Shown: piece by piece, positions 53,234-64,000 of the stretch
How the letters are laid out: each line of letters starts with the position of its first letter
Numbering within the stretch: position 1 is the first letter of the stretch
From: Octopus sinensis
Lineage: Eukaryota
DNA length: 64,000 nucleotides
NCBI RefSeq assembly: GCF_006345805.1
Contig: NC_043008.1
Location: forward strand, 4,774,001 to 4,838,000
Direction: 5' to 3'
Translations under genes and position numbers: made by a program
The notes under the pieces: model-generated
Databases searched by the model: none
Told to the model about the DNA's origin: nothing
Seen by the model: only the letters and a program-made list of their open reading frames with translations

Positions 53234-53989
53234 ATGTGTTTGCATATAAGTTAACAAGTACTGAGGGAACATAATTTTGGTGAAAAGTGAAATATTTAGC
53301 ACAATTACTTCATATGCATTTGTTCAATTGTTCAATGCTCTGGTTTCATCTAAGAAACAGGCCTTGAAGGACCCAAAGAAAAAAATCTTACAATTATTTG
53401 TCTTATCTTAATAACAAATGAATTATCCAATATGGTTGCTCTGTCAAGTCTCACAGAAGATGAAAATATCTGGAAGAACTGTAAGAATCAGAGGCCATAA
53501 TCAATTCCTTTGTACAATTTATGATAAGAAAACAAGAACTTCAAAATTGATCTGAAAATTTTTCTAAAGATTGATTCTAAAGAAAGGACCATAAATTTCG
53601 GATTGTGTATATAAGCTAATAGTCAGCATGAAAATAGTAATGGTGCATGAGTGAAGGTAGCCTGGCTTTAGGTGATAAACCTGATGCTTCATAGAAAGTA
53701 AAAAGTGAGCAAACTGGAATTTAGAGAGGCAAAGGATAGAGGAAGAAAATATAAAAGAAGAAATTAGAAATGGTTGTGGAGCTGTTTAAAAGAGAAGTGA
53801 GGGGGGGGGGCTAAAAAGAGAAAAACAAAAAGGAGGACAGGAAGTGAAAAAAGAAGCATTGGAACATAAGGGAAACTGCTTTTCACAATAAAGTAGTTCC
53901 CAATTGTGGTTTGCAATCTGGAGACTGAGCTTTCCAGTTCTCTAGTATGTACTTACCCATGAGAGGGCATCTTGTGAAAATTTTGATAT

Positions 53990-54200
53990 TTGGAATTCAG
54001 GATCTTTAGGATCTTGAAGGTGTTTTACAATATGTACCCTTTCAATCAAACAAATTTGCACGTCTTGCTGCCATTAATAAATGCTTTGGGCTTCTTGAGC
54101 ACTCTCCATTCAATGTTATATTTGATTTTACTGTCTTTTAGTGACTATATTCAGGAAGCTCTTAGATTTCCTAGACAGATATTTCTCAGTACAACACCAT
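53990..54200 (-). mobile_element. Penelope-like element GIY-YIG C-terminal relic
   Basis: 'I*SLKDSKIKYNIEWRVLKKPKAFINGSKTCK', matching the Penelope pattern 'YIW.LK....Y.I.W.IL......K.C.LC'. Confidence 0.65.
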
Positions 54201-55793
54201 AATAATAAAACCTTTAAGTGATGAACAGTGAAAATCAGCGACTAATGTTCTCCAAACATGAAGTCATTAACAACATCTTAAACCATTATCTATTCTTGAG
54301 CAAGGATGTTGATGCAGAAAGAAAGAGGAATACTTTCTATTGACCAAGCATGCAACATTTCATCAGTTGCTTATGAGTCACCCTGACAGTGTGGAACCAG
54401 ATTGCAGGGGGGGGGGATAAGCATTATGTCAATGTGGCTCAATTTAAACACCTGTTCTACAGCTGATTCTCGTTGTTCAGTCATCCAGGTAAAAAGATAA
54501 TCATGACATTGGCAGACCATATAAGAGAACATTTCAGTAAACAAGAATCAGTGGGAAGGTTATGATAGTCAGGTATGGGGTGGGCTTAAATTAACCTTAA
54601 AATAGCACAAATTGATATTTTAATTTTAATTTTAAACCATCCTAAAGTCTGAAGTGAAAATAGTTTGGGTAAAAAAAAGAAATACACAAAGAAATTGAAG
54701 ACAGATCGCTATGATGGTATGAATTAACATTAAGACAACACTATAAATTATTCTAATTATTAGAAGCTACTCACTGATCGTCCCAACCTATCTCTTCCAC
54801 TCTGCAGATTCATGGCATCAAATTAATTATTTCATTTTTACCCATGTCTTGTTAAGCAGCAACCTGCATCCTCCGACATTCCATTCCTTACATATTTTTC
54901 TCAGCCAACTGCTTTACCCCGTTTCACTGCTTTACACCCTTTTCCTACCCAGACATATCTTTGTCTTTCTTCTTTTCACACATTTGCTTCTTCTCTTTGC
55001 ACTTTCTCTAACTCTTACTCTCTCATTTTCTTCTTCTTCTTCTTCATCTCTTCCTTCCTCCTCCTCCTCCTCCTACATAGTGTGCTAGTGACTTGATTAC
55101 TTGTCTCCCACTTGGTACTGAAGTGACATCACAATTTTATTGGATTTTACTTCTTCTAATACCATAACTTCTAATAGGATTAGACATTTACCTTCACGTC
55201 TTTACTTATTTGCTTAAAAGACATTGAAAAACTTGCAATTATAGCTTCCTAAACATAAGTAACATTATTTTCACTATTTATATTAACTATATTACTAACT
55301 TTACAAATTTCCTTTATTTTACTCACGAATACATTTTATATGTCTTTCTTTTCACTTTCTTTGCAGAGAAATAAGTTACAGTCTATATCTATTCCATATT
55401 TCACTCCTTTACACGTTTATACACACAGACACACACACACATCTGTCATAAAAAAAACTGTGAGTCCATGGAGAATATCAAAGATATCAATAAAGATAAT
55501 AGAATCTACAAAAGGAATGGACATAAACATACATCAAGAAATATAATATGCTATAATCTGCCCCTTAAGTTGAAGGTAGCAAAGCCAGAGTTTCTTCCCC
55601 TTTTCCACAAACCCTTTCCTAAATAACATAAATACAATATTTAATTAATATACTATTAAAATATACACCTTCACTTTTCCTAATCTACCTCAAAATATTA
55701 CCTCCTCTAATTTAACTATATTCTACCAAAATAGAAAGGATTAACATAGAAACAGTATCTATATATAATTCAAACTAGATATATAGATCCAGT

Positions 55794-56160
55794 TGCAATT
55801 GTAGTAATCCCAGAGCATACTCCATTAACTAGAATTGCCTACAAAAATATATATACAGTGCACTCTTACAACCAGCTCCTCTACAAAAGCTTATATAGGG
55901 CTTGCTACAAGTGATTTTAAGTAAAGATATTGTCAACATTTCCATTCATTTAGAAACCTTTCTAAGAGGAACATGGCTAATCTATCAAGCTATCACTACC
56001 ACATAAAGTACTTCTATACCACCTTAGGATACAACATTCCATGGAAGATCCCAACAAAAGCATTCTACAGAGGCAATAGAACATACCACATTCTATGTAC
56101 AAATGAAGCAACTTCTTTGCAAACTCACCACTTCTAAATCATGTCCTAGACCCAGAGAAA
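55794..56160 (+). mobile_element. Penelope-like element GIY-YIG endonuclease relic
   Basis: 'CNCSNP....NCLQKYIYSA', frameshift, 'YIGLATSDFK*RYCQHFHSFRN', then 'LGYNIPWKIPTKAF..GNRT..LCTNE'. Confidence 0.7.
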
Positions 56161-56519
56161 TGATGTAACCAACATACAGTAAATTTGAACCTTATACCGC
56201 ATTCAAATCTCTTCTCTATCATTTTAATCTACACACTTTTTATTTCATATTATTTTTATTCTTATTCTCAAATATAGTTTCATTTTATATCTCTGTATCA
56301 TCAAAGTACCATCTGCTGTATCTATTCCACAGTTTAGTATTAACTCTAATAAAATCATTCCACACAAAAGTGGATTGGTAAGTTTTGCCAATCCAAACTA
56401 TGTTATCATTTCATACTGCCACAGAATCATCTCACTTCAAACTTATTATTTTGTTTAGAAAATAAAATATTCATGACATTATTTTCATTATATTATTTAC
56501 ATTATAACTGCATTGCAAC

Positions 56520-56850
56520 AGGTGTGTATCGGCATGTGGCTTAGTGCTTAGGGTATTTGGTCCGTGATCGTAAGGTTGGGAGTTCAATACCCAGCAGCTA
56601 GTTGTGTCCTTGAACAAGACACTCTATTTCAAATTGTTCGAGTCCACTCAACTGGCAAAAATGAGTTGTACCTGTATTTTAAAGGGCCAGCCTTGTCACA
56701 TTGTGCCGCAATGAATCTCCCTAAGAACTATGTTAAGGGTCTGTGGAGTACTCAACCACTTGCACATTAATTTCATGAGCAGGCTGATCTGTTGATCAGT
56801 TCAATTGGAACCCTCGTCATCATAACTGACGGAGTGCCATCCAAGCACAT
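56520..56850 (+). mobile_element. tRNA-derived CORE-like SINE (family D-related)
   Basis: TGGCTTAGTG..GGAGTTCAATACC head; GTGTCCTTGAACAAGACACT..GGCAAAAATGAGTTG central domain. Confidence 0.7.
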
Positions 56851-57124
56851 GCTCACATCTCCATCCTGTCTAGCAATGGACAATTGCTTCATCCGTATAA
56901 TCGTATCATTATTTATGTGGTTATCTTCTTTTATACAATTGATATTACTTTATACCTAATTCATTTTGGATTGAATAAATTAAATATAAAATAATATCAA
57001 TGCTCTCAGGACCATACCAGTCGGGTGGAAAGAGGGTTGAGGTGCTGCGCAAACCTTATGGAACCTAGGAATTTTAGGTTGTGCAATCGCCAGTGAGGTA
57101 ATTATTAAATGTCTGGTTGAGTAA

Positions 57125-57938
57125 TTGTCTGGTTACTTGGGAGAAGTTCATAGTACAGAATTCCATTCCAATCCCACCAGACACAAAGCAAGACTTTTTT
57201 AGGGTGAAGACCCACTTTTGGGGTTGCTAAGGGTGGCTCATGTCACTTACTCCAGGATCACTTTCTCTGAACATTTCGGTAGATAATCCATTTCTTATCA
57301 CCTGTCACAATTTGCTTTAAAAAAGGTGCACTTTCATTCCATTTATAAAGCAAATCACAGATAGAAATGCAATCCAGAAGGTTCTTCTCACTCAACTCAT
57401 TTGGTACCAAAACATCGTAGTGATTTGTGTACCCAAGATTTACCAGGTGCTCATGAATGACAGATTTTGATAGGTTGAGGCTTTCTGCCAATTCTCGGGT
57501 TGTGCAATGTGGGTTATTCTCAATTAATGACTTCATTTGGTCATCATCGGTAGTGAATGGTCTGCCTGATCACTCTTTATCAATAAGGATACAATCTCCA
57601 GCTCGGAAACTTGCAAACCACTTCTGTACAGTTCTTTTGGACAAAGAAACGTCACTGTAAACTGCGCATATTTCTTTGGTTGCCTGTAAGGCATTTTTTC
57701 CCTTTACAGAAAAAGAAAAGCATCAAGTGCTGAAAATGAACTTTCTTATCTTCCATTTTAAAGGGTTACAGGGTTAACACGGATTATAGGAACATAAACC
57801 TTCTTCCACGAAAAGATAGCTTAAACTACGCTCTAAATGGAGGTGTAGTCAAATCCTAGTTTATGGACTTGACCATGTTCTTAAATAAGTCGAAAGTTAA
57901 GCTACTATAAATCAGCACAAACTTTCCAGACAACCCAA
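57125..57938 (-). mobile_element. Mariner transposase pseudogene (5' two-thirds, one TIR)
   Basis: TA|TTGGGTTGTCTGGAAAGTTTGTGCTGATTT terminus; 'MEDKKVHFQH..', 'SGRPFTTDDDQMKSLIENNP', 'LVPNELSEKN', 'IVTGDKKWIIY', then 'LCVWWDWNGILYYELL'. Confidence 0.9.
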
Positions 57939-57944
57939 TATCAT

Positions 57945-59190
57945 CATCTTCTACAAAATAGTTGTCTTGCGCAACAATACACTGGCCCTAGCATTCCTGC
58001 CACTTTTGAAATCCAGCCTGAAAGTTGTTTTCCATAAGCGAGTCAAGGACCTTCTGCGATTCCTCTTGATCTTGACAACGGTGTTAAACCAGTGACCTTT
58101 GAGTTGCATTTTCATCTTGGGTAAGAGATGGAAGTTCACAGGTGCTGAATCTAGTGAATAGGGCAGGTGCTGAAGCAATACCATGTTGTTTTTGGCAAGA
58201 AACTCACGAGTGAGGAGAGCTTGGTGACAGGGTGCCTTGTTGTTGTAAAGAATCCAAATGTTCATGCTCCACAGATTCAGTCACTTTCACCGAATGGCCT
58301 CTCTCACACACTTCAAAACACACTACGACTTTCAATTGATGGTCTGGCCCTGGGGGATGAATTCTCAATGCACAATTCTGCAGATGTCAAAAATAACAAA
58401 GAGCATGCTCTTGATTGAGCTGCAGCTTTGTCATGCCTTCTTCGGTCTTGGAGATGAAGGCCTCTTCCTTTGTGATGACTGCTGCTTCATCTCATACCCA
58501 CAGACCCAACTCTTGTCACCAGTGATGATCCTCGACATGAAGGATGGGTCATCAGCGGCACATTGACGGAGATTTTGACAGATTTCAATGCGATGCTCTT
58601 TCTGCTCAGTAGTCAACAGGTGGAGAAAAAATTTAGTAGAAACATGCGACAAGTTCAATTGAAACATTACAATTGCCTTCACAGACTCATCCAACAGACC
58701 AACAACATCAGCAATGTCACTGATTGTCTTCTCATGATCCTCATGCACAAGCTGATGAGTTCTCTCCCCATTTCTAGGGGTGACACTTGTGGTAGGCATG
58801 TCTACTTTGATGTTTAACCATTCCAGATAGTATATTATAGTTTGGGGTGGGACTGATCTCAATGCTCCAATGATAAATGGTACCATTTTCACATTTGCTG
58901 CTGGACAATCCCAAATTCGTTGATATCTCTACTTTTCAATCAGTATATATTTCTGAGATCTTTTCTACTTCCATAACTGTAAAGTTTTTTGTCTGAAGGA
59001 ATTCTAATGCCTAATACAAAGCATTCTCCATTTATGTCTTGGGCTTAATTCTGCTGTCTGTATGGATGTCAAACTCCCATGGAAGTTTTGATTTATCCTC
59101 TTCCAGGGATGTTTTTCCACTTTTAAAGTACTCATGCCACTCAAAGCATTGCGTATGACCCATTGCCTTATCGCCATAAGCATATATATA
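57945..59190 (-). mobile_element. Second mariner (different subfamily), interrupted by an RLE-LINE fragment
   Basis: 59190-59080 'AYGDKAMGHTQCFEWHEYFKSGKTSLEED'; 58765-57950 'STKFFLHLLT..IITGDKSWVCGY..NNKAPCH..PYSLDSAP'. Confidence 0.85.
58770..59080 (-). mobile_element. RLE (R4/Dong-type) LINE fragment inside the mariner
   Basis: 'WEFDIHTDSRIKP', 'CFVLGIRIPSDK..EVEKIS', 'VPFIIGALRSVP'. Confidence 0.7.
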
Positions 59191-59210
59191 TAATGTATGT
59201 GTGTGTGCGT

Positions 59211-59243
<33 letters not shown>

Positions 59244-59414
59244 AATTGAGATAGGGGTTGCAAATTCAACCCTCCATGGGATAACATATATCCAATATAC
59301 TGCTAGTGAAGTACCCAACAAAGTCAATACATAAATGTTAAGAATTGTGATGCAATTAATTCATTTACTGTATTACATGGGCAAAGGTAAAATTATTTTT
59401 ACCATAAATTAATA

Positions 59415-59784
59415 ATACAAAATCAGAAAATGGAGAAATACATCTAATCATTAATCAACTACCAGATAATACCCAATCACATACTTTATTGAACCACTAC
59501 ATAAGAACATTAAGGTTAAACAAAACAGTGTACATGGATGAGTAATACAATACAATAGGTACAATCATTACAAGAGGATATAAATAAATAAATAAATATA
59601 AATAGATATAAATATAAATATAATCCTCTTGTAATGATTGTACCTATTGTATTGTATTACTCATCCATGTACACTGTTTTGTTTAACCTTAATGTTCTTA
59701 TGTAGTGGTTCAATAAAGTATGTGATTGGGTATTATCTGGTAGTTGATTAATGATTAGATGTATTTCTCCATTTTCTGATTTTG

Positions 59785-59787
<3 letters not shown>
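59415..59787. repeat. Perfect inverted repeat: 165-bp arms, 43-bp AT-rich spacer
   Basis: 59415-59579 is the reverse complement of 59623-59787, with no mismatch found by eye. Confidence 0.9.
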
Positions 59788-59824
<37 letters not shown>

Positions 59825-59967
59825 TATCTATGTATGTATATACACATATATACACACATATCTATGTATGCATATACACACATATATACACACACATATC
59901 TATGTATGTATATATACACACATACATGCACATGCATGATGCATGTGTGTAGACATACATGCACATA

Positions 59968-60670
59968 AGTGCCTTGCAAAAGTCTACACTCGCCTTGGAA
60001 ACTGGATGAATTTTGTTTATTTTGATAGGAACAATTAATATTTTAAACTCAAATAATTTGTTTTAATAAGCAGATCTATCACACTTTTATTCAATGCACA
60101 AAATACATTTGAAAAATTTAAAACAGATTCTTAAACAAAGATAATTTTGAAAAATGTTTTTTCAAAAGTCTACACCTGCTTTGGAATGTCTTCAGATAAT
60201 ACTTTGTGGATGATCTTGCAGATGCCTCGGGTAGCCTTCCAGGAGCTTGCTGCTGTGGTCTGCTGACAGTTTTCACCATTCTTCATGGCAGAACTTCTCA
60301 AGCTGTGTCAGATTGAATGGGGAACGTCAGTGCCCAGTCAGCTTTAGATCTCGCCATAGATTTTCTATAGGATTGAGGTCTGGAGACTGGTTGGGCCACT
60401 CCAAAACTGTGATTTTCTTGCTAGCAAACCAAGCTTTAGTGCTTTTTGACACATCCTTGGGGCCGTTATCTTACTGAAACTTGAAATTGTGACCCAAGTG
60501 CAGAGCTCTAGCTGACTTCAGCAGGTTTGCCTCCAATATTTCTTGGTACTTGACACTGTCCATGGTTCCTTGGATGGTTACCAACTCTCCAGCCCCTGCA
60601 GCTATAAAACAGCCCCAAAGCATGATCAAGCCACCGCTGTGCTTTACAGTGGGGACTGTGTAACGAGGTT
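59968..60670 (-). mobile_element. Tc1 (DD34E) transposon 3' part with IR/DR-type terminus
   Basis: '[16 protein letters not shown]', '[27 protein letters not shown]' with 34-residue spacing; direct repeats CAAAAGTCTACAC..TTGGAA at 59977-60000 and 60163-60186. Confidence 0.9.
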
Positions 60671-60682
60671 GGTGAGCAGTGC

Positions 60683-61379
<697 letters not shown>

Positions 61380-61380
<1 letters not shown>

Positions 61381-61656
61381 GAAAGGAAGAAATGGAGTTG
61401 AACAAAGATTGTACAGAATTCCTTTTATTACATTCTACACATGTTTCAAAGGCCACAAATTTCCAAATTCTGATTAAATAAGGGTACCATATTGTGGCTT
61501 TCTCATCAGGAAAAAACAGTTTTTTCCTGATGAGAAAGCCACAATATGGTACCCTTATTTAATCAGAATTTGGAAATTTGTGGCCTTTGAAACATGTGTA
61601 GAATGTAATAAAAGGAATTCTGTACAATCTTCCTTCAACTCCATTTCTTCCTTTCA
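61380..61656. repeat. 277-bp palindrome (138-bp arms, 1-nt centre at 61518, two mismatches)
   Basis: Arm-by-arm comparison; mismatches only at 61403-61404. Confidence 0.95.
61520..61604 (+). ncRNA. Type-I hammerhead ribozyme-like motif with all core nucleotides present; identical copy on the minus strand at ~61432-61516
   Basis: TTC-CTGATGA(61527-61533)-G-AAAGCCACAA..TTGTGG(C)CTTT-GAAAC(61589-61593)-ATGT-GTA(61598-61600)-GAA. Confidence 0.6.
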
Positions 61657-61889
61657 ATAATAATATTAAACTTCAATTATCTGCACCAACGCACGGTTGC
61701 AACACCAAATGGTCTTATCTCCAACCGTGTATTTTCTGCTGTGATTTTTGCTACCCAGGTATCGGTTAAACTTTTGAATAATCTGTAACAAGAAAATTCA
61801 TCTTTCTATTTCAACAAATATATATATATATATATATAATATATATATATATTATATATATATGTATAATATATATATATATATATATA

Positions 61890-62445
61890 TAACTTAGATA
61901 TGTTTCGACCAAAGATTGGTCCAGGCCATGTCTAACTTAATAGCACCACCTGATAGGATTATTTGAATCCTGTTTAAGTCAAGTTTTGTTTATGGTCCAT
62001 TCAAGTAGTGAGTTTTTGTTGAGTGAGTTGTATCCAATTATGGCTGGCTTATCTGGTATTCTTTGAAGGAATCCATCCAGACTCCATTTAAAGTTGATGG
62101 GATCCTTTTCCTCTTTGATCTCTTTCGGGACAATGTTAAATAGGGCAGGGCCTGTTGAGGAAAAGAAATTATGTTGCAGTGTACATGTATGCTGTGATCT
62201 TGAATTGGGCAGGGGACGTATGGCCCGTGGTCCCAGTCTTGGATGAACCTTGAAGCTAATGTTCAGGTCGTTTGGGCAAAGTTGGCGGTATATTCTCCAC
62301 ATTGTACAAATGATGTACCGCTCACGGCGATGCTGGAGAGAGTAAAGTTTCAAGGCTTTAAGGCGATCCCAATAATCGAGAGCAGCCATGCCTTCAATTT
62401 GTTTAGTGAGAGCCCTCTGGGGTGACTCAATCCTGGAGATGTTTT
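61890..62445 (-). mobile_element. CR1-group LINE 3' end
   Basis: 'LDYWDRLKALKLYSLQHRRERY', 'GPALFNIVP', 'LDGFLQRIPDKP', 'NSLLEW'; 3' UTR with stem-loop GACCAA-TCT-TTGGTC; ends at (TA)n. Confidence 0.85.
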
Positions 62446-62494
62446 GATATATATATATATATATATATCAGAATCGAAATTGATCAATGGAAAT

Positions 62495-63000
62495 TGCAGC
62501 TGAGTTACCAGTGCCGGTGGCACGTAAGAGAACAATCCGAATGTGGCCGTTGCCAGCGCCGCCCCGACTGGCCTCATGCCAGTGGCACGTAAAAAGCACC
62601 ATCCGTTCGTGGCCATTGCCAGCCTCACCTGGACCCCGTGCCAGTGGCACATAAAAAGCACCATCCGTTTGTGGCTGTCTGCCAGACTCGTCTGCACCAC
62701 CATCCATTCGTGGCCGTTGCCAGCGCCACCCCGACTGGCCCCCGTGCCGGTGGCACGTAAAAAGCACCATCCGTCCATGGCCGTTTGCCAGCTCCGTCTG
62801 GCACCTGTGCGGGTGGCACGTAAAAAGCACCCACTACACTCACGGAGTGGTTGGCGTTAGGAAGGGCATCCAGCCGTAGAAACACTGCCAGATCAGACTG
62901 GAGCCTGGTGCAGCCTCCTGGTTTCCCAGACCCTGGTCGAACCGTCCAACCCATGCTAGCATGGAAAGCGGACGCTAAATGATGATGATGATGATGATAT
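62495..63000 (+). mobile_element. RTE-type 3' tail with ~6 GC-rich ~55-bp tandem units and (GAT)n end, young copy
   Basis: Repeated GTGGCACGTAAAAAGCACCATCCG; GGCGTTAGGAAGGGCATCCAGCC; GCTAGCATGGAAAGCGGACGCTAAATGATGATG. Confidence 0.8.
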
Positions 63001-63353
63001 ATATATAGGAAAAGTAAGAAGAAAAACCGCAAAAATGCACATTGAATATCAAAACTTATTTTGAATTGTTAAAGAGATTCAAAGTGAAGCCGGTGTCACC
63101 ATTGTTGTTCACTGGTTTTGAACAGCAATGATGACTCCGGTTTGACTTTGAATTTCTCTAATAATTCAAAATAATGAATTTAATTCCTCTTAATTCTACC
63201 TCAGTTCATCTAATTGTATTTATTTATCACTAGTTTTCATAAAAAAGCCTTTATTTTTTTTTTATATTCAATGTGCATTTTCGCATTTATTCTTCTTACT
63301 TTCCCCAAATCTTTTCCACGTGTAGGTTCTATTTTCTTTTTGAAACATATTTC

Positions 63354-63401
<48 letters not shown>

Positions 63402-64000
63402 GCATGTGTGTGTGTAAAGATTGTTTGAAGCAGAGTACAGATTTTATATCTTAAGAAAAAGGAGATTTTCAGAATTTTGGATAACTATTTATTTATAAAT
63501 AAATAATCATCCAAAACTCCGACAATCTCCTTTTTCTTTATAATGTAAACGTGTGTGTATTAAAACTATTAGGAAACATTTTATATCACTAAAACTTTGA
63601 AATTTTCCATAGAAACACTATTAGATTCTCTTCTATTTGATCCATTTTTACATAACTCCTTGCTTTATCTAATCTCTCTAATTGGGCTCCACTTATTATT
63701 TATCCATCTACCAATAATTGCAATTGTTGATATTGAATTGTCTTTGTTTCTCTGAAATAAAATGATGTTTGTGACATTGCACATTTATGATGAGCAAATA
63801 AAGAAGGAGAAGATTTAATAAATGGAGTTAGAGAACTTTTCCAGTAATTACTGCCATCCTACACTTGTTCAGGCAAATTTATTGTTTGGCAAGACATACA
63901 TCAAACTCTCTTCTAATCATTTCAAGTGACGCTTCTATCAATACACTTGCACTTTCTCATGTCCACTTTGAGATATTGTCACAGAGCTATCAGTCACATC

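Noticed and set aside
53457-53480. 24-nt phase-1 microexon candidate (EDENIWKN) with GTAAGA donor
   Set aside because: Poor polypyrimidine tract; expected by chance in 64 kb.
61895-61935. Hammerhead on the minus strand (GACCAA-TCT-TTGGTC-GAAAC)
   Set aside because: No CUGANGA core; better explained as the CR1-group LINE 3' stem-loop.
62495-62840. CRISPR-like repeat/spacer pattern
   Set aside because: The 'spacers' are homologous to each other, the context is eukaryotic retroelement UTR, and there are no cas genes.

Overview
64 kb of AT-rich, microsatellite-dense eukaryotic DNA made up almost entirely of transposon relics. The SINE families and repeat style suggest an octopus or other coleoid cephalopod genome (inference from pattern recognition, not a database result). 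No intact protein-coding gene was found; two weak + strand exon candidates exist (32648-32755 and an 18-nt microexon at 48141-48158). Identified content: several tRNA-derived SINE families; R4/Dong-type (RLE) LINE remnants stacked in one orientation in (TAA)n tracts; a rearranged ~3.8 kb L1/Tx1-type LINE; RTE and CR1-group fragments; mariner, Tc1 (DD34E), maT (DD37D), hAT and piggyBac-type elements and MITEs; and two Penelope GIY-YIG relics. The most interesting signal is a set of hammerhead-ribozyme (HHR)-like motifs of the minimal type-I, Penelope-associated kind in about five unrelated short repeat families. They include a tRNA-headed SINE with an HHR tail and HHR-headed units in (TA)n tracts, two of them with long fold-back palindromes. 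A third, perfect 165-bp-arm inverted repeat has only a doubtful HHR trace. One composite insertion with a 13-bp target-site duplication contains two inverted HHR-SINE copies flanking an inverted copy of nearby DNA. All alignments, folds and identities were done by eye, and most element boundaries are approximate.
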